Assembly: GCA_003344405.1 (NCBI GenBank)
Contig: NOWV01000013.1
Span: 682,001 to 746,000, forward strand
Origin: Trichoplax sp. H2
Taxonomy: Eukaryota
Direction: 5' to 3'
Length of the DNA stretch: 64,000 nt
Below the pieces are notes generated by a model. That model was given only the letters and a program-made list of their open reading frames with translations. It was not told the DNA's origin and made no database searches. A program made the translations under genes and the position numbers. This document shows, one piece after another, positions 26,647-38,200 of this stretch (its first letter is position 1; each line of letters starts with the position of its first letter).

Positions 26647-27405
26647 ATTTCTTAATGTTGACATGAAACTAGATAACCGTTTTCTAAGGCTCCAAGCTAA
26701 GTGATGTTGTATAATATACAGTACAGTAAATCACAAGGTCTTGAGCATTTAATTGGATTAGCGTTATTCTATCGGTATGATCGATGGGTTAACTGATGTT
26801 TACTGGCTGAATGTAATCAAATTATGGCATTTGTCCCAACCTTAGTAGTTTGTAATAGTATTGAGATCATAAAATTAATAATTAATAAGATTAATAACAT
26901 TGACAAAGATTTAGCGACTAAAGTCTTCAAGAATATTCCGATGTAAATGAATGTACGTACAGGCTGTTTAATTTACAGTAACATTTTTATTACCAAAGGA
27001 AGACAAAATGCATGCAATTTCGATATAATACACTGTAAATGAGCGAAAATTTATTGGTTATGTATGTGTGAATGTGCCATATTTTAAGATGCATATTACA
27101 GGTATTCGTTTTAATGATCCGCAATCGATAAATGCACCAAGTTTGTAATCCCTTAACTATACAGTAATTATATGCACACTTCATAATAAGCTACCAAAAG
27201 ATCGAATATACGTACTTTGTACAATATACAACTTAGGAATACTACCAAACAATAATACCGAATCAGCTCTAACATATTGAAACCAAGGGAACGCTAGCCA
27301 ATATAGATACTTTTAAGCTGTAAGTATCAGCTGTCTTCACTAAAGACTTCATCTGACATAAATTATAACCTATATTAAATATGAAGTTTGTCATACAATT
27401 ATTTT

Positions 27406-30400
27406 CTAAGCGACCTCGATGTCATCGCTACTAACTTTTGAATTTTTTTTTTGCTTAGTATCATTATTAACTAGCACTTCATTTTTTTCATTTTGCTTTG
27501 ACGAACTTTTAGCAGGTCTATCGATTTCTTTTTGATCATGAGGATCTCTTTCATTTGAATCAATCGTATCATCATCAGCTATTTTTTCGGCATTATCATT
27601 ACGAGATGCAGATTTTTCATCCTTATTCTTGCCCTTTAATGATATGTTGACTTTTGAGTCCTGCTTACTTTCAGATTCTTTATCTTCACTTGTATCAGTT
27701 TCACCTTTTTTCAATTTAGCAGATTCGAATTTTACGCCTTGCTTACTTTCAGATTCTTTATCTTCACTTGTATCAGTCTCACCTTTTTTCAATTTAGCAG
27801 ATTCGAATTTTACGCCTTGCTTACTTTCAGATTCTTTATCTTCACTTGTATCAGTCTCACCTTTTTTCAATTTAGTAGATTTGGATTTTGTGGCCTGCTT
27901 ACTTCCAGACTCGTTATCTTCACTTGTATCAGTTTCACCTTTTTCCAATTTAGCAGATTCGAATTTTGCGCCTTGCTTACTTTCAGATTTGTTATCTTCA
28001 CTTGTATCAGTCTCACCTTTTTTTAATTTAGTAGATTTGGATTTTGTGGCCTGCTTACTTCCAGACTCGTTATCTTCACTTTTATTACTTTCACCATTTT
28101 TCAATTGAGCAGATTCCGATTTTGTGTCCTGCTTGCTTTTAGATTTGTTGGCTTCACCCATATCAGTTTCGCCTTTTTCCAATTTAGTAGATTTTGCTTT
28201 TACGTTCTGATTACTTTCAGATTGAGAATCTTCACTTGTATTACTATTGTCTTTTTTCGATTGAGCAGGTTTGCTTAAAACGTTTGAGTTGCTAGAAGTG
28301 TCAACATCAGTGTCGCTATTTTCCTCCTTTTCATCTAATTCAGATGATTTCTTTTCGGGGAGACGAGAGCTGTTCTCTTTTGGCTTATTCTAAATATAAT
28401 TTGTAATATAAATTTAAACATTAGTTTTATAAAAGCAATGCCTAGAGGCAGTTATTAAGGAAGTATTTGGTCGCAAAAGTCCTTCAACAGCTTAGTATCT
28501 CTAACAATGCATTCAACTATGGTCAATAGAGGGTTTATCTATTGCATCATATAACGTTTAAATACCTTCTTCTTGGTATCTTTACTTTCGTTATCATTGG
28601 ATTCATTTTCGGTAAGTTGAGATTTTTTGGCTTGTGAAAGTTAAATTATGAATAAGATTGTCGTCATCAAATAGAATTAAAATGTGCGTTTTAATTTAAG
28701 GCGCATATACAGTATATAGATGATAACTATATAAATAATTTGCGTTGTACTTTTTTAGGTTCCAACGTAAACATACCTTTGTTTTCACCATCAGTTTTGG
28801 TGTTGTCCTTGTTGGGAATTCTTTAGTACAGAAAAATACAGTATTAATCAATCATAGGCGCAACTGATGTATCCTATACTGTTATACAATTACATTCATT
28901 TATTCGAATCACAGTGCAATGTTATGAACGTAGGCAATGTTCGTAAATGAACAGTCGTATCTTCCTACTGAAGTTCGTAAAAGCTCGCATAGTTACATTC
29001 GAATAACTGATAGAAATCAATAGGTAGTTTTATTCGATGGAGTAAGTTACTAATGCAAGGAAATACATTAAAAGCGTACAAACATTTGGTAGGTAAATAC
29101 TAAGGTATCATATCATCTTGTTACATAATCAAAGTCGCTTATTATTATCATTCTGCCTATTACTGTGTATACCGTATATGAGATATTATGCTGTTGTTAA
29201 GATATACTATCCCATATTATGAATAAGGACTTAAGCGTGCTAGCAATATAGTACATTACTTAATTTTATTCCCGCGATTGTCATGTTTGGCGATGTCCTA
29301 TTTAAATAGGTAAATACTACAATCATTCACATTTTCTTCCCTTACCCTTTGCAGGATTTCTGCAAGTCGTCGAATTTCTTTTGTAGTAGCAAATGCGAGG
29401 CTATGTGAAGGGAATAATAGGGTTATTAATGAGAAATTTAAATTCAGCGTAATATACGGTATAATCATCATTTATATACAAGATAACGTCCGTACTCGTA
29501 TAGAGCAACTACTGTAGTGTAGAATTTGAAAAATTATCCAATCACATCAGTAACGATTTAATCATTGTAGTCAAAAATCTCTACTTCGTCTATATACATA
29601 TATATATATACAATAATTATTATTAAACAATATATCTATATTCATGTACGGTATACTTCAAGCTGACTCAATATGAATATAGTTTAAAAATACCTTCTAA
29701 CTCGTTGGAATCGCGTTTTCCTTGATCCTATTTGAAAACGTTAATGAATACTTATTTATCGAGCATAAAAATTGGCAATTTTAGCAATTGACTTGAAGTA
29801 TTGTCAACTTTAATTATGTTACAGTACGCACAGATCAAGCATGCTAATTTGTAATACTACTGAGTAGAGGACATGCTACTTGAATGGTATACATCTCGTA
29901 CATACTGTCGGTTTAAGTTAGCATGTACAATCACAGTATAGTAGGTTGCATGAGTATATTTCGATAGAATAGGTATACCAATGGAACATACTGTGCAATG
30001 TCCATTATAATTATCATGATGGCATATTTGTTGTCAAGAATAAAACAAACTACACAGTCGACTTGAATGTTTGGCGAGGTAATCTCTTTGTCCTACACAT
30101 AGACTAAGCAGTATTGGCAAGAACATAAAAAGTAGACTAGCGCTAAAAATTTAAAAATTAAAACAACACTATTATTTGTTCTAAGGTAGGAATTGAACGT
30201 GATAACGATTGAACTATTAATGAGGCAGCATAGCAATCCTCGCTTTCGTTCTTCTACTCTATGGATTGATGATGGGAGAAAATTGCAGGTTACAACCATT
30301 TGGCAACTTCATAAGAGCGATCGCTTCGTAAGGTTAGGACTGTGCTAGTATTACTATGATAGCTACGAGGTTTGTATACAACGATTGCGTACAAGAGTAT

Positions 30401-30934
30401 GAGTATTTTAATTTTCGTTTGGATCGTAGAACAAAAATACTACCGTAAGGTTGTAGCATGATCGTCATGGGTTAGGTAGTGCTGTACCTTCATATCACCA
30501 AGCTGAGTATTGAGTTGCTTGGTGGAATTTTTACAGGTATCTCTTTCCTCTTTAAGTTGTTGTGATGATTCTTTTAATTTTGCATTAGCATTTCTTAATC
30601 GGTCAATATCTGTGGTTAATTCCGCTTTATGACTTTCTAAATGCATAATTTTGTTCTTGAGCTCGGTCATTTGCGATTGTTGAAGATTTTTATTGGATTC
30701 ATGAAGTTTATCTTTCGCAGCCAAGCGTTCCTCTAATATCTTATTTCGCTTTTCAAGATCTGCATTTTTATCTGATAAGCCATTCTTTTCCATCGATGAT
30801 TGATCTAACCGTTCCGAGAGCATTTTGATTCTATTGGATAAACCAACATAGTGTACAGTTGCCATAATGACGAAGATAGTAACACCGATAGCAAGTAATC
30901 GAATGCGATTACGATTTGAATTATGTCCATTCAT
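27406..30934 (-). CDS. Type II membrane coiled-coil protein with a long acidic/charged repeat tail (GOLM1/GOLM2/GOLIM4-like Golgi membrane protein)
   Basis: Exon 30934-~30488 encodes a short basic N-tail (MNGHNSNRNRIR), one hydrophobic helix (LLAIGVTIFVIMATVHYVGL) and ~120 aa of heptad-like coiled coil. Several candidate micro-exons follow (~30090-30061, ~29728-29695, ~29400-29347, ~28820-28777, ~28630-28566), then a large low-complexity exon ~28389-27406. The family call rests on architecture. Phases of the small exons and the terminal exon are not fully resolved. Confidence 0.65.
27655..28275 (-). repeat. Coding minisatellite, 78 bp / 26 aa unit (SAKLKKGETDTSEDKESESKQGVKFE), ~8 copies
   Basis: (T)CTTCAC anchors at 27683, 27761, 27839, 27917, 27995, 28073, 28151 and 28229, a 78-bp period. 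The frame is open on the minus strand. Confidence 0.95.
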
Positions 30935-31675
30935 GATCGCAATATTGGCCTACTACAGCAATAGAAACTTCAAGCGAATCGATCCTACTATGACACACCA
31001 CACTGACTCTTGTGCAATGGATATCTACTACACAAGTTAATACAACGTATCGGACACGAGAACGATTGGATGCCAATATGAATTGAACTAATCTTCCTAA
31101 TCGATCCTGTTGAAAATGGGAAGAAAATGGGAAGAAAATGAACAATTTTTCCAGTCGTCTACTCCACGATTAGCCACCACAAGTCGAACCTTTCTCTGGT
31201 AGTGGCCGAGGGCAAAACGTGCTACTGCATAGTATTGCTACCCATGTACCGCCTTCCATTGCCATACGAAACCTTTTCAAAATTGAATGGATGGATGGCG
31301 CAAGCGACACCCGCTCGCTTGCGCCTACTCAGTACGGTACAGTACGGACGGAATGACTAGAGGACAGTGGTGTGATCAGAGTGTTCTAGTCAGGACCCTG
31401 CTCTAATAATAACACTATAAGAATCTCTCGCGTCCTCCATACAATTCCCCCCTACCGTGATAGGATAGGATAGCGCATTGTACAATGTCCATGTGCAGAC
31501 AGAATTGGAGAATCAAGATGGCGTTCATGAAGGCCATCTTGATTTTCGATCCAAGTCTTTCTATCTGTTCTAATTTATGAGTCGTGCAGTAAAGTTTGAG
31601 CTTTTTTTCTTCTTTTACTTTACCTCTCTGCCAATACTGGTGTCATAACCCTACATACGAGTACAGTATAGGTAG

Positions 31676-32275
31676 CCGAAAACAAAATGCAATGCCACAG
31701 TATGTGGCGCGTATTTCAGTCCGTCAAAAACAAATGGCCGAATCGACAATATCGGTTGGACGTTGCATCCATTCGTCTTGCACCAGCACTAAAAGTGCGT
31801 AAATGGACGAAATTGTTTAATAGTATCGGTGTGTCATCGTTAACATCTCAGCTGAGAAGGGTAAGCAATGATTTACCGAAACCAAAAAGAAATGCTACAG
31901 TATGTGGCGCGTATTTCAGTCCGTCAAAAACAAATGGCCGAATCGACAATATCAGTTGGACGTTGTATCCATTCGTCTTGCACCAGCACTAAAAGTGCGT
32001 AAATGGACGAAATTGTTTAATAGTATCGGTGTGTCATCGTTAACATCTCAGCTGAGAAGGGTAAGCAATGATTTACCGAAACCAAAAAGAAATGCTACAG
32101 TATGTGGCGCGTATTTCAGTCCGTCAAAAACAAATGGCCGAATCGACAATATCAGTTGGACGTTGCATCCATTCGTCTTGCACCAGCACTAAAAGTGCGT
32201 AAATGGACAAAATTGTTTAATAGTATCGGTGTGTTATCGTTAACATCTCAACTGAGAAGGGTAAGCAATGATTTA
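31676..32275. repeat. 200-bp tandem array, ~3 copies, upstream of the GOLM-like gene
   Basis: TATGTGGCGCGTATTTCAGTCCGTCAAAAACAAATGGCCG occurs at 31701, 31901 and 32101, an exact 200-bp period with few substitutions. Confidence 0.97.
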
Positions 32276-35200
32276 AACAACAATCTTTGCTATACTCGTA
32301 GGGTCTACTGGACATTGCGTAGTACTGGTACAGCGCATAAAAGCATCATTTAACAACGCCTTGGACATCATCTCAGTGGGGGAAAGTCTAGAATTGAATC
32401 AATATTCATCGCAATCTCAAAATTCGCTTAACGAACGAGTACTTGCATCAAGTATCGTCAATGCAGATGGTATCATGATGTGCTTTGCTGTAGTCTGTAA
32501 CGCTGCCATTAGACAGTAGTAAACTAACTGCATGGCTACTTTACCAGCGCACTTGCAAACAGTTCCATGTGCAGTTCTAAACTTCCAGGCGTGCTGGTGC
32601 TGCTGTGCAGTTCAAATGACCGGTGAAAAAGTCCTTTGCTGTTCTCCTCTTTTTCTTCAGCAATCCCTGCATAGTACAGTATAAATTCCTTCATACCAAT
32701 ATTGCACCCGCAAGATTATCATCTACTGTACATAACTGTGCAGTGTCTACTCCTCTTATAAGTTCATCTAGGAAACGACAGAATCCAAATCAACCGCTTG
32801 CCTTAAATGCACATAAAGTATCATTGCAACTGATGTACCTTATGCACAGTGATACAGATTACTGGCAGTCTTGGACCCATAAATAGGAAGAAAGGTATTT
32901 ACTGCAAGTACACACTTGGCTCGCATCAAAATACAAGCTAGAACAGTAATACCAATACTATACAGGTTAATTTATATGTGAAAGACCGCTGCTCTGGAAT
33001 AAACTTGGGCAAATTCTCAACATTCCAACTCATTACGATATGTGTTTTTGGCCTCCAATACCGAGCTACATTTTTTCTATCTCTATGTACTCTAGCTGGT
33101 CCAACCACTAGCAACGCAAGCCAGCAAAAGATGATGACAGCTAAAATTAGAATTCCAATAATACACATTCAATATTACATTGAACGCATCATCTTTTTAA
33201 ATCCTCCATTTCTTATTAATAAGATGGTTAGATAGATGCTGACACTATTTCTGAAATGAGCACAAAAAATGGAGGGGGCTATAAAAGTTAAAACATATAG
33301 CCTTCACGTCTATCATATGCAATAAAAATTCAAAAAGAATAGAATACCACCATATCAAGTTAATTTAATTGAATTCATTAACGTAGTTAATTAGCTTAAA
33401 TTGTCTCTTTTTGTTCTCTACAGCGTGATTAAAAAAAACATGTAATCATCTGATTGAATGTATTTTAATTTTTTCGAATCTGTAAGTTTTCATCCATTCC
33501 TATAATAATGTCTAAAGGTTTTTAAAAGTGCCTAAATCATGCTTGTCAAAAGTCAAGAAAGGCAGGCCTTAAGTACAAGTATGGTAGGCACAAAGTGAAA
33601 AATGGTACACTACACGTACTACAAGTACATTGGATATCCACTTGGATATAAATACTTCTATCTATCTGTAATAAAACGTTTGTATGATAAATAAGGCTAT
33701 CAATAAATTTTATCTTACTTGCAATATTGAACTGTATGTCTTTTCAACGTGCAATACATAGTTGTACGTCCAAAATATACTTTAGAATTGTTGGATTTTA
33801 TTACAGCATTTTACAAAGCATGCTCGCTATCGTTATAAGGCATCTGTGCCTTATCGTCCTTCATTATGACACTTTTGCCTTTACAATATTCGATTTTATT
33901 CTATTTTATCATGCTGTACTATAAAGCTTCCACTTCACAGATAGACTACGATATCGACATATACATCTATCGATAAATAGCAATTAGTGAATTTAATGTT
34001 GGAGCGTGATGTCCTATTGTCGTGTTAAAGGGACGATTTCAACTACTATATAGTAGAAAGATATTATTATTACCGTAGTCGCTTATAAATAAAGTATGAC
34101 ATATGGTATTTCATAATAAGATAGTGTACATACTACTTGCGGATATTTGTCCTAGTATGTCATGATAATATTTATTTGAACAGTCTACAACTGTTATAAT
34201 TCAGTAAAGCGAAGTATTGGTGTAAAGTTATATCCAAGCATAAAGTTTCCATCGCATTGGAGATATAGCAGATTACATCTTTTATTGATCAATAGATATG
34301 TCGAGTAAATTTGTCTGTATTGATTCATGATTTAAACTTTCTAGACGAAATTAATTGAAAGTAATCCTTGGACTACTAGTGCTTGTACAATAGTGCTCGT
34401 CTCTAACAAGTAACATACATTTCATACTAGAGTACACGTAGAAGACATCGTTTAGCTTGTTTTACATTTATAATTAATTAATTAGTAGTACCTTAATAGC
34501 TATTTTCATTCAAATATTTTCAGATAATACAATGTATGCGTATCGTAAACAGTCTACATTATAATATAGATTAGTGCAGTAACTATCCTATTATTACACT
34601 TTCGATTAGTGCTTTGCTGCATTGATTTATGGTATTACAGCATTTGCTTTAAAGCATTCAATTCACCGTCCAGTATTCATATCAGTTGATTGCAAATTAG
34701 TCAATTTTGTACATCGAGATGGCATCGCCAAGATAAATTGCGTAATACATTATTTTAATAAAGGTCTAACCTACAGTATACATTTTCGTTGATTGTACGG
34801 TACAAGTTTGCTTTAATGTTATAAAATCATAGAGCACTGATATTATCCATGAATACAGTAAGTGTGGAATATCTGTATGAGAAATTAGCAGTCCTACAAG
34901 CTGAATTGTACAACAATTAAACGATAATTTTGAAGTTAGACACGAATTTAAGTAAAATACTTTTCAAGTTTACATAGACAAAAACCGTGACTATCCTTGG
35001 CTTTTAACGGCCTTGTGGCTACTAAAAGATGTTTAAAGAATTTTACAAATACAGTATCATTATAAGATTGGAGGACTACAATTAATATGGCTTTTATACT
35101 TTCTTGGCTTAATGACTGAATGCTGGAAGCAATATTGCTAAATAATACTTCAAAGGATCGTTTATGATATTATTAAATAATCGGTTATATTCCTTGAAAA

Positions 35201-38200
35201 TTCTTTATGACAACTAAAATATTTCTTATTTCTCTTTCAATGACCATGTTAACATGATTGACGTGCAGGATATTTGAAATTTAATTCGTATTTAACCTTT
35301 GAAGAAGTTAATGCTAGGGGCAATTTTAGTAAAATGGGATAATTAAGCTTTCCTTCATTTTATGGTGTACGCGTGTTATTGTCAGTCCTTAGTATATTAC
35401 TTTTGGTACATAGTACTGTACAACAGCCGTATACTGGCTATAAGCTATGGTCATTACTAGTCATAACAAGTGCAATGGAATACTCAAACTATTATAATTG
35501 AAGCACATTAAAATTTAATTTATCTAATTTTTGTGCTATATTTATGGTACCACTCATGGCATATCGTTAATTTTCATCTTTTTACAAAAGTAACCGGAAA
35601 TATATTATATATTGCTAAATGTAGAGAGGGGTGCGATAAAAATGATTAAGTTGTATTGACTAAAGTTTATAGTTAGCACAGGTATTCAACTTTGCTATTT
35701 TGGTAATATTTTTAAAACCGGTGACAGTGTATTGATAATACAATAAGTATTTGGCTACAATGTCTACTTATAATGTCAAATAAATGATATAAAATAGGCA
35801 ATTGACAAAGCTGATAGCAACAAATTAGTAGTTCGATGTCTAGAAGAAATTGATTAATTAAGTAAAATAAAGACTTGTAAATTATAATGGAATATCGATA
35901 AGTATAGATAAATTCTTATTCTGGCCTACCATTGACTATCTATCTGCCTACAATACTTATCAATCAATCACTAAAATGGTTATAATTCTACTATTTTTAG
36001 CTTTAATAAGTAAATTATTATCTATCCTTATAACCTTACTGCACTCTTATCCGCCGACAATATATTCAATTCTATTTACTTTCTTCAAACCCAGTTAACA
36101 TTATTACTATTTAGTTAATCGTATCAATAATGCTAGGCTTGAATAATTACTGTATTAGTAGATATTTTTAACAGTTTGCTTCTATTTATTTCAATATGAC
36201 AGGGATTTCTAAAAATCAAACAGTACTATAACTAGTAGATTCATTTTCTGATAGTAGTGACATGGTATGATATTATAATCGAATCTTTATCATAATGATG
36301 TCATTGTAAGGGTGGGATATTCAAGGAAATTTTTCTTTTCTTACAATATTTATAGCTTGTATGTTAAATAATGATAACCTTTTATGGCCCCACATTTGGT
36401 ATTGAAGTCATGATTAAATATTGCGAAGTAATAAAACATTTTAACGCGTTTCTTTAGAAAGGATAAAATTATTAGTAAAAGATACTAGTGAACGTTTGCA
36501 AGTTTATATGTTATCTGATCAGTGACTGAGTGGAAAGGAATTAACCGCATTACATAACTATGACATTACGCAAATACTACGATATTGTAACTAGCGACTA
36601 CTAAACATCTTTATCTATTGTTTATATTGTGGGTTTGCTGAACGTCCCATTTTCTTCTTCATTTAGATAGGAGAGATTTGGAGTATCGTTTTTGGATGGG
36701 AAAGAGGTTTAGTAGTCCCTGGTATAACTATGTTAATTAAAGCTAAGACCCATTTAGGTAGTAAAAATATTCTTAAACGATAACAGGAAGTTTTTTATTG
36801 CCAATAAAAGAGTCTTGTCTTTTCTTCATCTGTCCGAAAATATCTACATACGCGTAAAATAATCCTTTATACTATTATTAGACTAATACATATACCGGTG
36901 ATTCTAGCTAGCATGGCCACTTTCTCGTGAAAGAATAACCAGGAGGAAACGTGCCTAAAAATTGCAAGTCTATTTTATGCTTCATTGTATACAGCTAATG
37001 TTATTTTTACTTATCAATTTTATTACTAGAATACTATTGTCATTAATATCGATCAAAAATTAAAAATGGGTTTTCAAAAAGCTTTCACGTGCATTTATCA
37101 ATTTTCGATATCATTTGAATTTATGAATACTATTCATATGTTTTATGTAATAGAACATGGTATGAAGGTGTTCCCGTTATAAGTATTATCGAGCAATGTA
37201 CCACTATAATATCATAATTGGTAATGGATTATTAATCATGATCCATTTCTTGTTATTCGAGCAATAATCGCGTTCATTTATTAGCGAAATAAACGTAATT
37301 TTGACCATTAAATATCTATTGTGATATTGGTGTGTTGTAAAGAGAAATATAACGTATGCACATCATTGACATATGTTGTAGAATTTTATAGTTATTTAAA
37401 GTAAATATCGTTGATGCGCTGAAAAGGTTGCCAAGATACATAAATTCGACTAATTTAATTAGTGATGATTGTATAGCATGAATGCCAGCGAATTTATTCA
37501 GTAATGAATTATTAATATGCTATTAATTTAAGCGATATCTATATAATATTTTTTTGTAGACGGAAATAAATGAAAATAAAGCGGATAAGTATTTACATGG
37601 ATAGATCGCGTTAATGTACCGAAGTAACGTAATATGCAATGATATTCTTCTGTGCGTTCATTGGAGCTCCTTCATATCCAGTTTCCCTAATACATTACAG
37701 ATTTTTTTTTAAAGAGCATTTCGTATTGAGATTAAACTGCTTGAAAATGAATTGACTTGATAGATTATCATTATCTGATGTAGATGAGAAAATGATAGAA
37801 ATTATTATAAAGCCAAAGTATTATTTACTAAAGTTCACACGAAGGCCGATGTTGCCTTAGTAACCTCTGTAAAATGTTCTATACTGTGCTCTACAATGAA
37901 ATGTATGATGTTGTATCCCACTGTAAAGCGTTCTGGCTTTAATCGACGCTTTGCGTTTATTACTTTATTTTGTTGATTGAGAAAATATTATGCGATCACT
38001 GAGTACGACGAGTATAGTTGGTATAGTGTAAGCTATAATAAAAGAGCGTAGCTTGAGTACTTTGCAAATTGCGTGTATCCTTGTATCTTCCATATACAGT
38101 ATATCACTTCTCAACGGCTTGTCCTTGAACTAATAAGCAATTCGGTAGCGAAGCTACAGATATTGTCGTAGTGTACTAGTTCTTTCTTTGTATAGACTAT

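Noticed and set aside
31596-32353. Repeated ORFs (MWRVFQSVKNKWPNRQY..)
   Set aside because: Translations of the 200-bp tandem unit; the frame shifts at each unit and no domain is recognisable.
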